From the UHGV virus genome UHGV-0141727: DNA of 64,000 bases; one strand, 5' to 3'. A model generated the notes under the pieces. The model searched no databases and was not told the DNA's origin. It saw only the letters and a list, made by a program, of their open reading frames with translations. Both the position numbers and the translations under genes were made by a program. Positions 48,886 to 57,683 of this stretch are shown here, one piece after another (within the stretch, counting starts at the first letter, position 1; each line of letters starts with the position of its first letter). Origin of the DNA: a virus.

Positions 48886-48922
48886 ATAAACTACAGGTTA
48901 TATCATATAACCTGTAGTTTAT
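48886..48922. promoter_or_regulatory. 37-bp perfect palindrome in promoter region of toxin-antitoxin operon (candidate operator)
   Basis: ATAAACTACAGGTTATAT C ATATAACCTGTAGTTTAT. Confidence 0.5.
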
Positions 48923-48955
48923 ATTTTCAAGGCCATTTTTTATTCGATTTAGCAT

Positions 48956-49609
48956 TTAAAGTATCACGGTATCCTCATCAACTTCTTTCCCTGCCAGTGA
49001 CTTTGGCTGGGAGGCTGCTGCTTTAACCTTCTCATGCCCAATAATGGACAGGAACGAGGCCATTATCCCTGCTTTGTTTTCTTTCTCTACCGCTCCTGTC
49101 ATTTGTTTCAGGTAATCCGCGCTGGCAACATTGTGGTATACCGTTGCATAGCAGCACAGAATCATCAGGATGTGCTCTGGTCGGATATCTTGCCAGTTAA
49201 CTCGATAAACCTCTTCACCGTTGCCGTTGTATTCGGTATCGACGATAGAGTCGGGGATCTCAAATGCCCCTTTGTTCTTGTCAGGCAGGGATAGCAGCCT
49301 TTGTAGTTTCAGCTCCCGGTATCTTTCCATGCCGACAATGATCGCCGCTCTGCCGTCGGCGTGCCGTGTTTTTAATGTTACCTGACTGGCACCTGTACCG
49401 GCTGAAATGGTTGGCGTGATTTCGTCAACCAGCACCTTAAATTCACTTTTACGCAGCTCGGCAATTGCTGGTGGAATTTTTCGTTTTTGTTCAATAGCAG
49501 ATGCAGGGAGCGGCTTTACTTTGTCAATTACAAGCGCGCCGTCTTTCAGGACTGCCGTAGCCATCAGCGGCTTGTTAGTCGAAAGGCTGAATATTGCGAT
49601 CTTTTGCAT
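48956..49609 (-). CDS. hypothetical protein
   Basis: ORF 217 aa. Confidence 0.3.
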   Translation of the reverse strand: MQKIAIFSLSTNKPLMATAVLKDGALVIDKVKPLPASAIEQKRKIPPAIAELRKSEFKVLVDEITPTISAGTGASQVTLKTRHADGRAAIIVGMERYRELKLQRLLSLPDKNKGAFEIPDSIVDTEYNGNGEEVYRVNWQDIRPEHILMILCCYATVYHNVASADYLKQMTGAVEKENKAGIMASFLSIIGHEKVKAAASQPKSLAGKEVDEDTVIL

Positions 49610-49635
49610 GGCTTTTACTCCACGATAGCAGGCAC

Positions 49636-49659
49636 AAAAAAAGGCCGCACATGGCGGCC
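49636..49659 (-). terminator. hairpin GGCCGC/GCGGCC followed by T7 on minus strand
   Basis: stem-loop plus T-tract about 30 nt upstream of the 48956..49609 start. Confidence 0.4.
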
Positions 49660-49889
49660 TGCTTTGGCGTTATGACTCCCTACCGCGCATCGGCTGAAAG
49701 TTAGTCGTCAAAAGAACCTTCAACGGGAGCCGTTTGCGTAATGGATTTTGTCCAGATTGTGATTTCCAGAATAGTGTCAACAATTTTTTTGAATTTTTTA
49801 TTCGCTCTGAATTTGGCCTAGGTCATTTTGGCGTAGATGTTTGCTTTTGTAACATAAAGCTTCAGTTTGTTTACATGAAGGATGGTTTT

Positions 49890-50498
49890 GTGAAGTTAAG
49901 GGTTTTGGGAGCAGTGCTCGCGGTTATATTGGGGGGAGTTTCTCTTAATGCTGCCTATGCAGGCGCGTTACCTGCAAAGTATGAGGCTGGGCTGAAGGTG
50001 TTACGAAACGCCAAAACAAACTATACGCCTGATGAAGTTTCAAACTATTGCCAGAAAGAAAATATCCCACTGAAACCTGTAGAGCCATTCTTTAAAAGCA
50101 ACATAGAGTTCTGTGTATTTGCGTATGCAGCAGATGAAACAGGAAAGGCCATACAAAAGACAGGGTATTCCACCAAAGACACAATGTCAGTGTTAAGTAA
50201 CGGCGTGTTGCAGTTTGAGCTTTATCGTCAGCAAGGAATGGGAGATCTATTGCAGCCTTTGTATGGTCTAGCATTGGTGCCGGAAGGTCAGCAGTTTCTG
50301 ATCAAAAAAGGCCTCATGAGGCAGGAAGATGTAGCTGGTTTCGATGCCATCGTTGCCTATGAAAAACAACTCAAGGAACAGCGCAATAAAAAACCATCTG
50401 CCTCATGCGTGCAAAGCAAAACAGCAGAATACAGCGCAGTGGCTGGGCCTTTAGCCCCACAAATGGCAGAGCAATGGTGTAAACAATACGGGCAATAA
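49890..50498 (+). CDS. secreted protein of unknown function
   Basis: ORF 49734..50498; GTG 49890 with AAGGA RBS yields signal peptide MKLRVLGAVLAVILGGVSLNAAYA. Confidence 0.4.
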   Translation: MKLRVLGAVLAVILGGVSLNAAYAGALPAKYEAGLKVLRNAKTNYTPDEVSNYCQKENIPLKPVEPFFKSNIEFCVFAYAADETGKAIQKTGYSTKDTMSVLSNGVLQFELYRQQGMGDLLQPLYGLALVPEGQQFLIKKGLMRQEDVAGFDAIVAYEKQLKEQRNKKPSASCVQSKTAEYSAVAGPLAPQMAEQWCKQYGQ

Positions 50499-50518
50499 GT
50501 TACGCAGCGGAGGCAGAA

Positions 50519-50911
50519 TTGAAAAGATTAGCTATTGCTTTATTGGCAGCTTTCCCTTTGATCGCTCACGCCGGGAATTTACAAGTGAAGTGCGGTAGGT
50601 TTGATATAAAAATCTATCCGAACGCCATATTTCTGAATGGGAATAAGGTCGATAACGCGCACCGGAAAACTGAATCTGACGTAATGAGCTATGTGTTCCA
50701 GGAGTATGCCGAGATGGGGGGAACTTACACGTTGTACTCGCTGGATGTTCCATCTCGCGGTGATATGACGTTATCTCATCAATGGCAGAACGCCGATGGC
50801 GAAGCTCTGCGCGAGGTTAAAACAGAAAAATGTGGCACTTTCCATTCTTTTAAAGGGAAAGCGCCCAATGTTAAATCTACGCTTGAAAAACAGCGTGCTG
50901 GTGAGCTTTAA
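50519..50911 (+). CDS. secreted protein of unknown function
   Basis: 130-aa ORF with signal peptide MKRLAIALLAAFPLIAHA; GGAGG RBS. Confidence 0.4.
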   Translation: MKRLAIALLAAFPLIAHAGNLQVKCGRFDIKIYPNAIFLNGNKVDNAHRKTESDVMSYVFQEYAEMGGTYTLYSLDVPSRGDMTLSHQWQNADGEALREVKTEKCGTFHSFKGKAPNVKSTLEKQRAGEL

Positions 50912-51246
50912 ACCCCTTTAATCACGGAGATTTCGTTTCCCGCACGATAGCGGCGGGGAACGGAACTCTCCATCAGGTCACGAATTACTCCCGCTTCACG
51001 CAGTTCCTCTGTCTCCCAGTATCTGTTTGTCACCAGGTCAAGGCTGGCAATGACTTTATGCCGGTCATTCGGCATTGCTTCTTTTTCAGCCATTATCATC
51101 AGTGAGAACTCTTCATCCAGTAGAATTTGATACCAGACTTTTGACAGTTCCAACTCTCTAATGAGGGTGAAGCGCCGCTCAATTGTGGCAGCAGAATAAG
51201 TGAAATCTATTTTTTTGGTGGCATACATTTTGCTGTGTCCGGTCAC
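50908..51246 (-). CDS. hypothetical protein
   Basis: ORF 112 aa. Confidence 0.3.
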   Translation of the reverse strand: MTGHSKMYATKKIDFTYSAATIERRFTLIRELELSKVWYQILLDEEFSLMIMAEKEAMPNDRHKVIASLDLVTNRYWETEELREAGVIRDLMESSVPRRYRAGNEISVIKGV

Positions 51247-51258
51247 TTAGTAGTTAAA

Positions 51259-51277
51259 GCCCCGGCATGACCGGGGC
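51259..51277. terminator. hairpin GCCCCGG/CCGGGGC downstream of ant copy 2 (same stem as at 1272-1290)
   Basis: inverted repeat. Confidence 0.35.
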
Positions 51278-51285
51278 AAAAGCTA

Positions 51286-52227
51286 TTAACTAATAATCCA
51301 GTCGGTTGCTGCTACATCTTCTGGCTGCAAATCAATCGCACAGATCTTACCGTCGCGAATGGTGCGCCAGTTTTTCCGTGAGCCTCTTTCGGGCCATACC
51401 CAGACACTTTCAGGCCAGGATGCTCGACGGCATACGGTTGCATACCCTGTTTTAATCTTCTCTCTGGCGGTATGCAACGACAGGTTTGCCTTTGGACTTT
51501 CAGGCACAGGATGGTGAATGGCCTGAAATAGCCCCATCTTGGGATGATACCAGCGTTTGTTACGTGGTTCTGCCTCCGACATAACCTGCTTAAAGGCTTT
51601 CCGGAAGGGGGCCAGGGCCACAATGGAACGTCGCGCAAGCAAACCGTCGGGAGTTAAAAACTCATGCGTATCAGTGGGTATCCGGTAAGCGTTGACCAGG
51701 TTACGGCATTTGGCTTCAGTCAGGCCACATTTCGCCGCCAACTGGCGGTAGCCAATGTAGCCTTCCGGAATATTGCCTTTCTTGATCTGCTCGACGGTTT
51801 CAGCGACTTTGGACACTTGTGCCGATACTTCGGCTACCTGGGCATTAACGGCGTTGATCCGGCGTTCATGCTCAAGATGCATTTGCGCCATTTCAGCCAG
51901 AATTTCGGCTTTTGATTTTAACTGTGCCCGGGCATTCTCCAGTTCGCGCCAGCGGTCCACCAGCCGGGCGGTGAATTCGGGAGAGAGCTGCGCGACGACA
52001 ATAATGCTGTCTCGTTTGCCTTGCTCGCCTTCAAAGACATAGACCGGATCTTTGACAACCTTCCCTAAGTTATTGATTCTTTCGACGAACTCATTTTGAG
52101 TTTCTCGGATGACACCGCTCGCCATCATATTGCGAATGGTACGTAAAACGTTGCCATGACGACTACCAACTAACTCTGCAATATCCAGGCTATTCATTGT
52201 AGCTTTTTGGGTGATAGACAGATTCAT
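51286..52227 (-). CDS. Rha-family antirepressor (Ant-like), intact copy
   Basis: 313-aa ORF with Rha N-terminal motif; paralog of frameshifted 1299..2203. Confidence 0.65.
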   Translation of the reverse strand: MNLSITQKATMNSLDIAELVGSRHGNVLRTIRNMMASGVIRETQNEFVERINNLGKVVKDPVYVFEGEQGKRDSIIVVAQLSPEFTARLVDRWRELENARAQLKSKAEILAEMAQMHLEHERRINAVNAQVAEVSAQVSKVAETVEQIKKGNIPEGYIGYRQLAAKCGLTEAKCRNLVNAYRIPTDTHEFLTPDGLLARRSIVALAPFRKAFKQVMSEAEPRNKRWYHPKMGLFQAIHHPVPESPKANLSLHTAREKIKTGYATVCRRASWPESVWVWPERGSRKNWRTIRDGKICAIDLQPEDVAATDWIIS

Positions 52228-52442
52228 CAGTGCACCTCCACGCAGTTCATTGGTAGATTCCAGTAATTGAGGATCTCCATCGCATCAAGAGTGAAGCGTG
52301 CGGCAAAAATGCAGGGTTCTTCGGGAAGGTATGAGCGCGCCTCTGCTTCGGTAGCAGCCATTACGCAGATATAGAGGTGTTTTTGGCAGGAATAGAAACG
52401 CCAGATAAATTCAGAATGAGTTGGGGTAGGGATAGTAGCCAT
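52227..52442 (-). CDS. icd: Icd-like host cell division inhibitor
   Basis: 71-aa ORF, AAGGAGG RBS, EFIWRFYSCQKH motif; precedes ant. Confidence 0.6.
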   Translation of the reverse strand: MATIPTPTHSEFIWRFYSCQKHLYICVMAATEAEARSYLPEEPCIFAARFTLDAMEILNYWNLPMNCVEVH

Positions 52443-52459
52443 ATTGGCAGCCTCCTTTG

Positions 52460-52620
52460 ACTAAGTTAAGGAGCTACCGCGTGAGGTTCCAATCTCAATG
52501 GCGGTAGCACTGACTGGGTTGGAACTACCGGCGTCAAAGGGAACCGGCCTGCCTTTCGGCAGCCCAGCCAGCACTACCATTGATCTCTGAGCTAAACGCT
52601 ACGTATGGCTGTGCGATGGC
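52460..52620 (-). ncRNA. candidate c4-like antisense/leader RNA region upstream of icd (inference only)
   Basis: ORF-free structured region between a terminator and icd; position analogous to P1 c4. Confidence 0.2.
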
Positions 52621-52624
52621 ATGA

Positions 52625-52651
52625 CACAAAAAAAGACGCTTTCGGCGTCTG
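52625..52651 (-). terminator. intrinsic terminator AGACGC/GCGTCT plus T7 on minus strand
   Basis: hairpin immediately followed by TTTTTTTGTG. Confidence 0.55.
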
Positions 52652-52755
52652 TGTCGCCTTTGACATTATCCGGGGTTCCAATCCCGGCACCCGTTTTTCT
52701 AAGGTGCCGTAGAAATATACCCCACGATAATGCCAGGGCGCAACTGTGTGTTTTC

Positions 52756-52923
52756 TTATGCTTTTCTTTTCTTCTTTTGGGCTTGCTTGCAAGCGTAGGC
52801 CATTGCTTTAGCTTTCACTTCATCCAGCTTCCCGGTGATCACTTCTTTTCCAAGAGTGACAAACCAATCATAGCAACCGCCAGTGATGTTCTGGATTTGA
52901 AAGTTGAGGTAGCGAACGGTCAT
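52756..52923 (-). CDS. small basic protein (55 aa), not in supplied ORF track
   Basis: manual translation MTVRYLNFQIQNITGGCYDWFVTLGKEV...KKKRKA. Confidence 0.25.
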   Translation of the reverse strand: MTVRYLNFQIQNITGGCYDWFVTLGKEVITGKLDEVKAKAMAYACKQAQKKKRKA

Positions 52924-53254
52924 TTTGACACCCCCAGCGCGAGTAAAGAATGCAGATTATCGCGTGAGTGGCGGACAACGAGTGATGGGAAAAGACAGTA
53001 GCTGTTCATAGTGTAGTGACTCCTTGCTTTTGGAGCCGCCATCGACTGTTCCACGGTCTGGTGGCGGCGCAATAAAGGTTGGAACACCGTGAGTCAACGG
53101 GGGCTTTTCAGCCACCTATATTGCACCGCCATTGGTATGGCGGCGGCAATCATACGAAAAACCAAACGGTTTGTCTCAAAAAGTTGACCGGTGTACCAAT
53201 CGGTTGTGAATGTACAACGGTGAATTTCACAATTCAACTTAAAATGTTAGAAAA

Positions 53255-53830
53255 CTAATTTATTAATTCAGTCACCATCTGATACAACGTCATTTCATCG
53301 GCATTGTGCCGCCTGAAATCTGCTTTGCCGCCTATTTTTCCATCAGCATGAACAGGGACCAACCAGGGGTATTGCTCGCGTATCTCTGCTGGCGCTGCGT
53401 GTTGATGGTGCCATTTACACAAAGGGAGAACGTATTTATGCGCGTTCTCTGCCGTTCTCCCGAAGATGTGGTGCAGGGATACCACAGGGCTATGCTGTCC
53501 GTGCATATGGCAGGCAATGCAGGGGAGAGCACCGATGGCAGTTTGTATCCGGCGCTCATCTGCTGTGAGCGTTCTGCCTTTCAGGCCACGTGACGTGCGC
53601 GTTTTTTTGACTGGAGCAGAAGCGGCCTTCTCTTTTCTTCGCTGTTCATATTGCTTCGCTTTTTCAATTTTCTTTTGCCGATATTCAGGCGATGCAGCCT
53701 TTTCTCGCGCACGCTGCTGCTGGCGTTGAGCTTGCTGAAGACGCTTTGCCCTTTGTTCCTCCCGCCATTTCGGATCAGCCAGTTTTTTCAGGGCTTTTTG
53801 CGTCTGTTTCTCCCAATAGCTTTGCTTCAT
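53255..53830 (-). CDS. Ref-like HNH-type nuclease (P1 recombination enhancement function-like)
   Basis: ORF 53255..53872; Lys/Arg/Gln-rich N-terminus, C-terminal Cys/His cluster CIACHMHG...HHIFG...PLCKWHH. Confidence 0.45.
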   Translation of the reverse strand: MKQSYWEKQTQKALKKLADPKWREEQRAKRLQQAQRQQQRAREKAASPEYRQKKIEKAKQYEQRRKEKAASAPVKKTRTSRGLKGRTLTADERRIQTAIGALPCIACHMHGQHSPVVSLHHIFGRTAENAHKYVLPLCKWHHQHAAPAEIREQYPWLVPVHADGKIGGKADFRRHNADEMTLYQMVTELIN

Positions 53831-53872
53831 AGAAATACCCGGTTTGTCTACATCGCCGCTATGGTTGATCAA

Positions 53873-53911
53873 ATGTGTTAGAAAATCAAAATTGATTTTC
53901 TAACACAAAAT
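53873..53911. promoter_or_regulatory. near-perfect 34-bp palindrome TGTGTTAGAAAATCAA AA TTGATTTTCTAACACA in divergent promoter region
   Basis: strongest member of the recurring operator-like motif family. Confidence 0.5.
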
Positions 53912-53946
53912 GAAGATACTTTTTTCGGACGCTATATCAGGAGGTC

Positions 53947-54102
53947 ATGATGCTTGTCGCAATAAGTGCAATCCACCAGCAATCCGGTACAGAAATTGGG
54001 TTGCTATATGCCCTGTTTTTCACTGTCCTGGCGTTGTTTGAGCTGGGTATTGAACTCTTTGCTCTCATTAACTTTTGCGTAACGTTCCTGGGGAAACTTT
54101 GA
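53947..54102 (+). CDS. small hydrophobic peptide (51 aa), not in supplied ORF track
   Basis: AGGAGG RBS; MMLVAISAIHQQSGTEIGLLYALFFTVLALFELGIELFALINFCVTFLGKL; stop overlaps next start (TGATG). Confidence 0.35.
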   Translation: MMLVAISAIHQQSGTEIGLLYALFFTVLALFELGIELFALINFCVTFLGKL

Positions 54103-54713
54103 TGGCTATACGCATTATGAAAATTTACATCGCGGGTCCGATGACTGGTTATCCCGACTACAACCGCACAGCGTTTTTTTCGAAAGCAAAAGAGCTGATG
54201 GAGGAAGGGCATATTGTTCTGAATCCGGCGCTGTTACCTGCTGGCCTCTGCCAGAGCGAATACATGGATATTTGCCTTGCTATGGTGCGTTCGGCTAATG
54301 CGGTCTATTTGCTCAAGGGGTGGGAGGAATCAGTTGGCGCTCGTGCAGAGCACGAGCTGGCTCAAAAGCTGGGGCTGAATGTAATTTATGAGTCACCAAC
54401 CAACATTGAATGCCAGGTTGCTCCGCATATTTACCGGGAACTGGTCAATGCACTGCGTGATATCGCTGCTGTATATCACGGCACAGAACAGCTTCGTGAG
54501 CGTTTAGCCCATACCATTTCCTATTACCTGTCTGCATCTCATGAGCACAAGCTCCGTCAGAAGGTAATGATCAAATTTATCATGAGGTTATCGAAATCCC
54601 TGGCAAACGCCGATCCAAAGAATCCATTACCGAAAGTGGCAATGAATTACCTGAAGTCCTGCAACATTGTTTCTGAAGATGGCGTTCTTTTGGTTAGAAG
54701 GAGTTCTGCGTGA
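54102..54713 (+). CDS. DUF4406-like (nucleoside 2-deoxyribosyltransferase-like fold) protein with extra C-terminal region
   Basis: ORF 54075..54713; MKIYIAGPMTGYPDYN N-terminal signature. Confidence 0.5.
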   Translation: MAIRIMKIYIAGPMTGYPDYNRTAFFSKAKELMEEGHIVLNPALLPAGLCQSEYMDICLAMVRSANAVYLLKGWEESVGARAEHELAQKLGLNVIYESPTNIECQVAPHIYRELVNALRDIAAVYHGTEQLRERLAHTISYYLSASHEHKLRQKVMIKFIMRLSKSLANADPKNPLPKVAMNYLKSCNIVSEDGVLLVRRSSA

Positions 54714-55027
54714 GCTGGCGGGGATGGGGAAGGGCAGAAATCATGATACTCCGCCAGTGCGCCGGGACTATGACAGTCGAGGGTATTGGGAGACTGATCG
54801 GGCGTACCGGTGGTGCTGTCAGGACTAAAGCGCGGCAATTGCGGATCAGCATGATTCTGAAAGGTGACTTTCACCAGTCAGCCAAATACCGGCAGAGCGA
54901 TATAGAGCTGGCGCGGCAGCTTCATCAGTGTGGCGTTCCCCGCCGTGAGATCGCAGAAAAACTCGAAATGCCCTTGGGCATGATTAATCAGTACGTTTAT
55001 TTCGAAAGGAGAGTGCATGAAGTCTGA
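54710..55027 (+). CDS. putative HTH regulator
   Basis: 105-aa ORF, GTG start with AAGGAG RBS; HTH-like ELARQLHQCGVPRREIAEKL. Confidence 0.35.
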   Translation: MSWRGWGRAEIMILRQCAGTMTVEGIGRLIGRTGGAVRTKARQLRISMILKGDFHQSAKYRQSDIELARQLHQCGVPRREIAEKLEMPLGMINQYVYFERRVHEV

Positions 55028-55520
55028 AGGTTTAACGCCCGCACAACTGGCAGAGCGTAACGCTGAGTATGTAACGGAAATTTCCCGACTTGAGAAAGAG
55101 CGCGCGGCGCTGGCGGCGGAGAATGCACTTGCTCGTAAAGCTGTTCAGGCATTCTGTGATGTTGTTGGCGACAACACTGAGATTATCTCCGAGTTGGTTG
55201 GGCGAGATGGCGTTCTGGTTATTTTGGAGGCCATGAAAGTAACAGGAAATATGCCAGCCACCGACGCTTTCCTGGCTGAAATACGTGCGGAGGCACGCAA
55301 CGAGGGGATTAACTACACCGCAAGCCGCCTTGCTGCCGCTTTCAACCACGGATTTATCAATAAGTCTTTACGTGAAGTTTTCGACGTTACACGCATGATT
55401 CTGTCAGCGAAAGAAGAGTTGGCTAATGAACCGCACCCAATTGATGGCCTGTCCGGTGAATATGCGGAGAAATCCCTTGAAGAATGGGCGGAACAGATTC
55501 GCAAAGGAGTTCAGTCATGA
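55017..55520 (+). CDS. Ea22-like protein
   Basis: [12 protein letters not shown] motif shared with 56701..57411. Confidence 0.5.
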   Translation: MKSEGLTPAQLAERNAEYVTEISRLEKERAALAAENALARKAVQAFCDVVGDNTEIISELVGRDGVLVILEAMKVTGNMPATDAFLAEIRAEARNEGINYTASRLAAAFNHGFINKSLREVFDVTRMILSAKEELANEPHPIDGLSGEYAEKSLEEWAEQIRKGVQS

Positions 55521-55750
55521 GCATCCGAACTGAACATGGATTTGGTCCGTCAACGGTCGAAGTCGAATGGCTTGATGATTGCCCTAAGTGCCAGCACGGC
55601 AAAGCCAAGGTAACAGGATGGTCGGTAACCAAAGATTCTTTGTGGGCGGGTGATGAGGCCGTCTGTTCCAAATGCGGTCACAAAGGCGAAATCGATGCTG
55701 ATGGAGAGAATGCCTGGGTGGAATGGGACGAAATCGAGGAGGCACAATGA
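55517..55750 (+). CDS. small zinc-ribbon protein
   Basis: ORF 55484..55750; ATG 55517 with AAGGAG RBS; CPKCQHG...CSKCGH. Confidence 0.4.
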   Translation: MSIRTEHGFGPSTVEVEWLDDCPKCQHGKAKVTGWSVTKDSLWAGDEAVCSKCGHKGEIDADGENAWVEWDEIEEAQ

Positions 55751-56379
55751 GCAATATCGACACACTGGCGCTGCGTGAGGCGGCAGAACGTGCAATTCCG
55801 GCAATGGAACGCCTGTTAATGTTGCCAGTTGATGATGATCTGATAAGTGAACAGGAACTTAAAGATTACGGTGTGGATATTGATGCGCTCAACGCCTTCA
55901 AATTTCTGGCCGGACCAGAAACCGTGCTGGCACTACTGGATGAACGGGAAAGAAACCAGCAATACATCAAACGCCGTGACCAGGAGAACGAGGATATTGC
56001 GCTAACGGTAGGGAAGCTGCGTGTTGAGCTTGAGGAAGCAAAATCAAAACTCAACGAGCAACGCGAGTATTACGAAGGTGTTATCTCGGATGGGAGTAAG
56101 CGTATTGCAGAACTGGAAGCACGGGAAATAAAACCAGCCAAAGGTGAAGTTCTTGTCGTTGTTTCTGGTTTTACTGGTTGCGGAAAAAGCGCCATTGCCG
56201 GGGAAATAGAAATCGCGATGAAGGCTATTGGTGTACCGGTTCAGTGGACTAATGGCGATGCGGAAAAGCGCATGACAGGAGCTGACTGGCTGACAGCAAT
56301 TGAGATGTACAAACCAACTGTGCGCATCGTGGAAGTTAATGTGCCACGCGCCCCTGGCATTCGCATCAAAGGAGAGTGA
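55747..56379 (+). CDS. Ea22-like protein with Walker A-like C-terminal region
   Basis: N-terminal [10 protein letters not shown]...KDYGVDID module shared with 60980..61732; GFTGCGKS motif. Confidence 0.5.
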   Translation: MSNIDTLALREAAERAIPAMERLLMLPVDDDLISEQELKDYGVDIDALNAFKFLAGPETVLALLDERERNQQYIKRRDQENEDIALTVGKLRVELEEAKSKLNEQREYYEGVISDGSKRIAELEAREIKPAKGEVLVVVSGFTGCGKSAIAGEIEIAMKAIGVPVQWTNGDAEKRMTGADWLTAIEMYKPTVRIVEVNVPRAPGIRIKGE

Positions 56380-56380
56380 G

Positions 56381-56704
56381 ATGACCACATCGCATTCTGC
56401 AATCACCCAGGAAAAAGTATTTCGCTTGCTCGAACGTCTGGAGGCGCTCGCCACGGAGGAGGATATATCCCCGGAGATGCTGGTCGAGTGCAGCCGTGTG
56501 ATATTGCGTCGCAAGAACGACATCGCGCGGCTGACATCCGGCGCACCATCCGTATCAGCCAGTCCAACGCTTTATTGCAGCTTCTGCAACAAATCCCAGC
56601 ACACCGTTAAAAAGTTAATTGCCGGTGACAACGTTTTCATCTGCAACGAGTGCGTGAAAGATTGCAACAACATTATCCAGGAAGAGCAAAGGGAATCAGC
56701 ATGA
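56381..56704 (+). CDS. protein with ClpX-type C4 zinc-finger domain
   Basis: ORF 56300..56704; ATG 56381 with GGAG RBS; [36 protein letters not shown] matches the ClpX N-terminal zinc-binding domain as recalled from memory. Confidence 0.55.
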   Translation: MTTSHSAITQEKVFRLLERLEALATEEDISPEMLVECSRVILRRKNDIARLTSGAPSVSASPTLYCSFCNKSQHTVKKLIAGDNVFICNECVKDCNNIIQEEQRESA

Positions 56705-57411
56705 AATTTTCCAAATTTTCTGAGTTGGTGAATCGTATTTTGTCCAACAACCACAGCCATCGTCGCGATATGGATGTAACAATCGTTATTCATTCGCCTG
56801 GCAGCATTGGTTCAACACCTTCAGTTGAGGTTCAGTCAATTCACGCTGGTTTTGATTGGGATTCCGGGAAAGTGCTGATTTTCCCAGCACAGCCACTGAC
56901 CGCGCTAACACCAGAACAGATTACTGATATCACGGATAGTGTGCGCAAAGGTCAGTCTTGGCACGCATATCAGGAATACAAGAAGCATAAAGAGCAGTTG
57001 GAAAAATTGTCGATTGAACTTGATGCTGCAAGACGGCGCATTACAGAACTGGAGAGCGAACGCGCGGTGCTGGCGGCGGAGAATGCGGATCTGAAGTCTG
57101 TGCACCCTCAACCATTCGGAGCTGAGATGATGAAGGCTCTTGATGCGTATGAGAAGCATCAGGATGAAGTGCCAGAGACTGGAATGCTCAATGCATTTTT
57201 CATCTTGCGCGACAGTATCCGTGTTGACACCCCAGCCACCGATGCTTTCCTGGCTGAAGTACGTGCGCAGGGCGTGGATATGGCTCGTAACGCGATGATT
57301 GATTTTGTCGATGGTGAAGTTGGTCCAAACAAGAATGTTCCGGGGCTGATTAGAGGCGCAGAGATATGCGTAAGTATTGCTGAACAGCTTCGCAAAGGAG
57401 GCAGCCAGTGA
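56701..57411 (+). CDS. Ea22-like protein
   Basis: ORF 56650..57411; ATG 56701; [12 protein letters not shown] motif. Confidence 0.5.
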   Translation: MKFSKFSELVNRILSNNHSHRRDMDVTIVIHSPGSIGSTPSVEVQSIHAGFDWDSGKVLIFPAQPLTALTPEQITDITDSVRKGQSWHAYQEYKKHKEQLEKLSIELDAARRRITELESERAVLAAENADLKSVHPQPFGAEMMKALDAYEKHQDEVPETGMLNAFFILRDSIRVDTPATDAFLAEVRAQGVDMARNAMIDFVDGEVGPNKNVPGLIRGAEICVSIAEQLRKGGSQ

Positions 57412-57683
57412 ATATCGACACGACAATAACGATCGATACGCTCCTAAATTCCGGTCTGGCACTTCTCGGTTGGCTTTACATCATGTCCCGTACATGGCGA
57501 TGGCTGGGTTCCATTTTCCTGAAACAGTGGAAAAAACGGCGCAAACATGAACTACGCCAGAAGGCATTAGAAGCGTTCTATGACGCATTTGAACTTGGCA
57601 GCATTGAACCAGGCACAACAGCGAGGATAGCGACAAAAGGCGACCTGATGATAGTGATGTTCAGACAGGAGAAAACAAAATGA
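57408..57683 (+). CDS. small membrane protein
   Basis: GTG start with AAAGGAGG RBS; one TM segment. Confidence 0.35.
   Translation: MNIDTTITIDTLLNSGLALLGWLYIMSRTWRWLGSIFLKQWKKRRKHELRQKALEAFYDAFELGSIEPGTTARIATKGDLMIVMFRQEKTK

Noticed and set aside
52460-52620. tRNA-like sequence (TAGCTCAG and GGTTCCAATC-like segments) upstream of icd copy 2
   Set aside because: I could not fold a consistent cloverleaf with a 7-bp acceptor stem and proper D and T arms on either strand; treated only as a structured leader.
52592-53001. ORFs 52592..52792 (minus) and 52621..53001 (plus) in the immunity leader region
   Set aside because: They overlap each other and the terminator hairpin, lack an RBS, and have low-complexity translations; judged non-coding.
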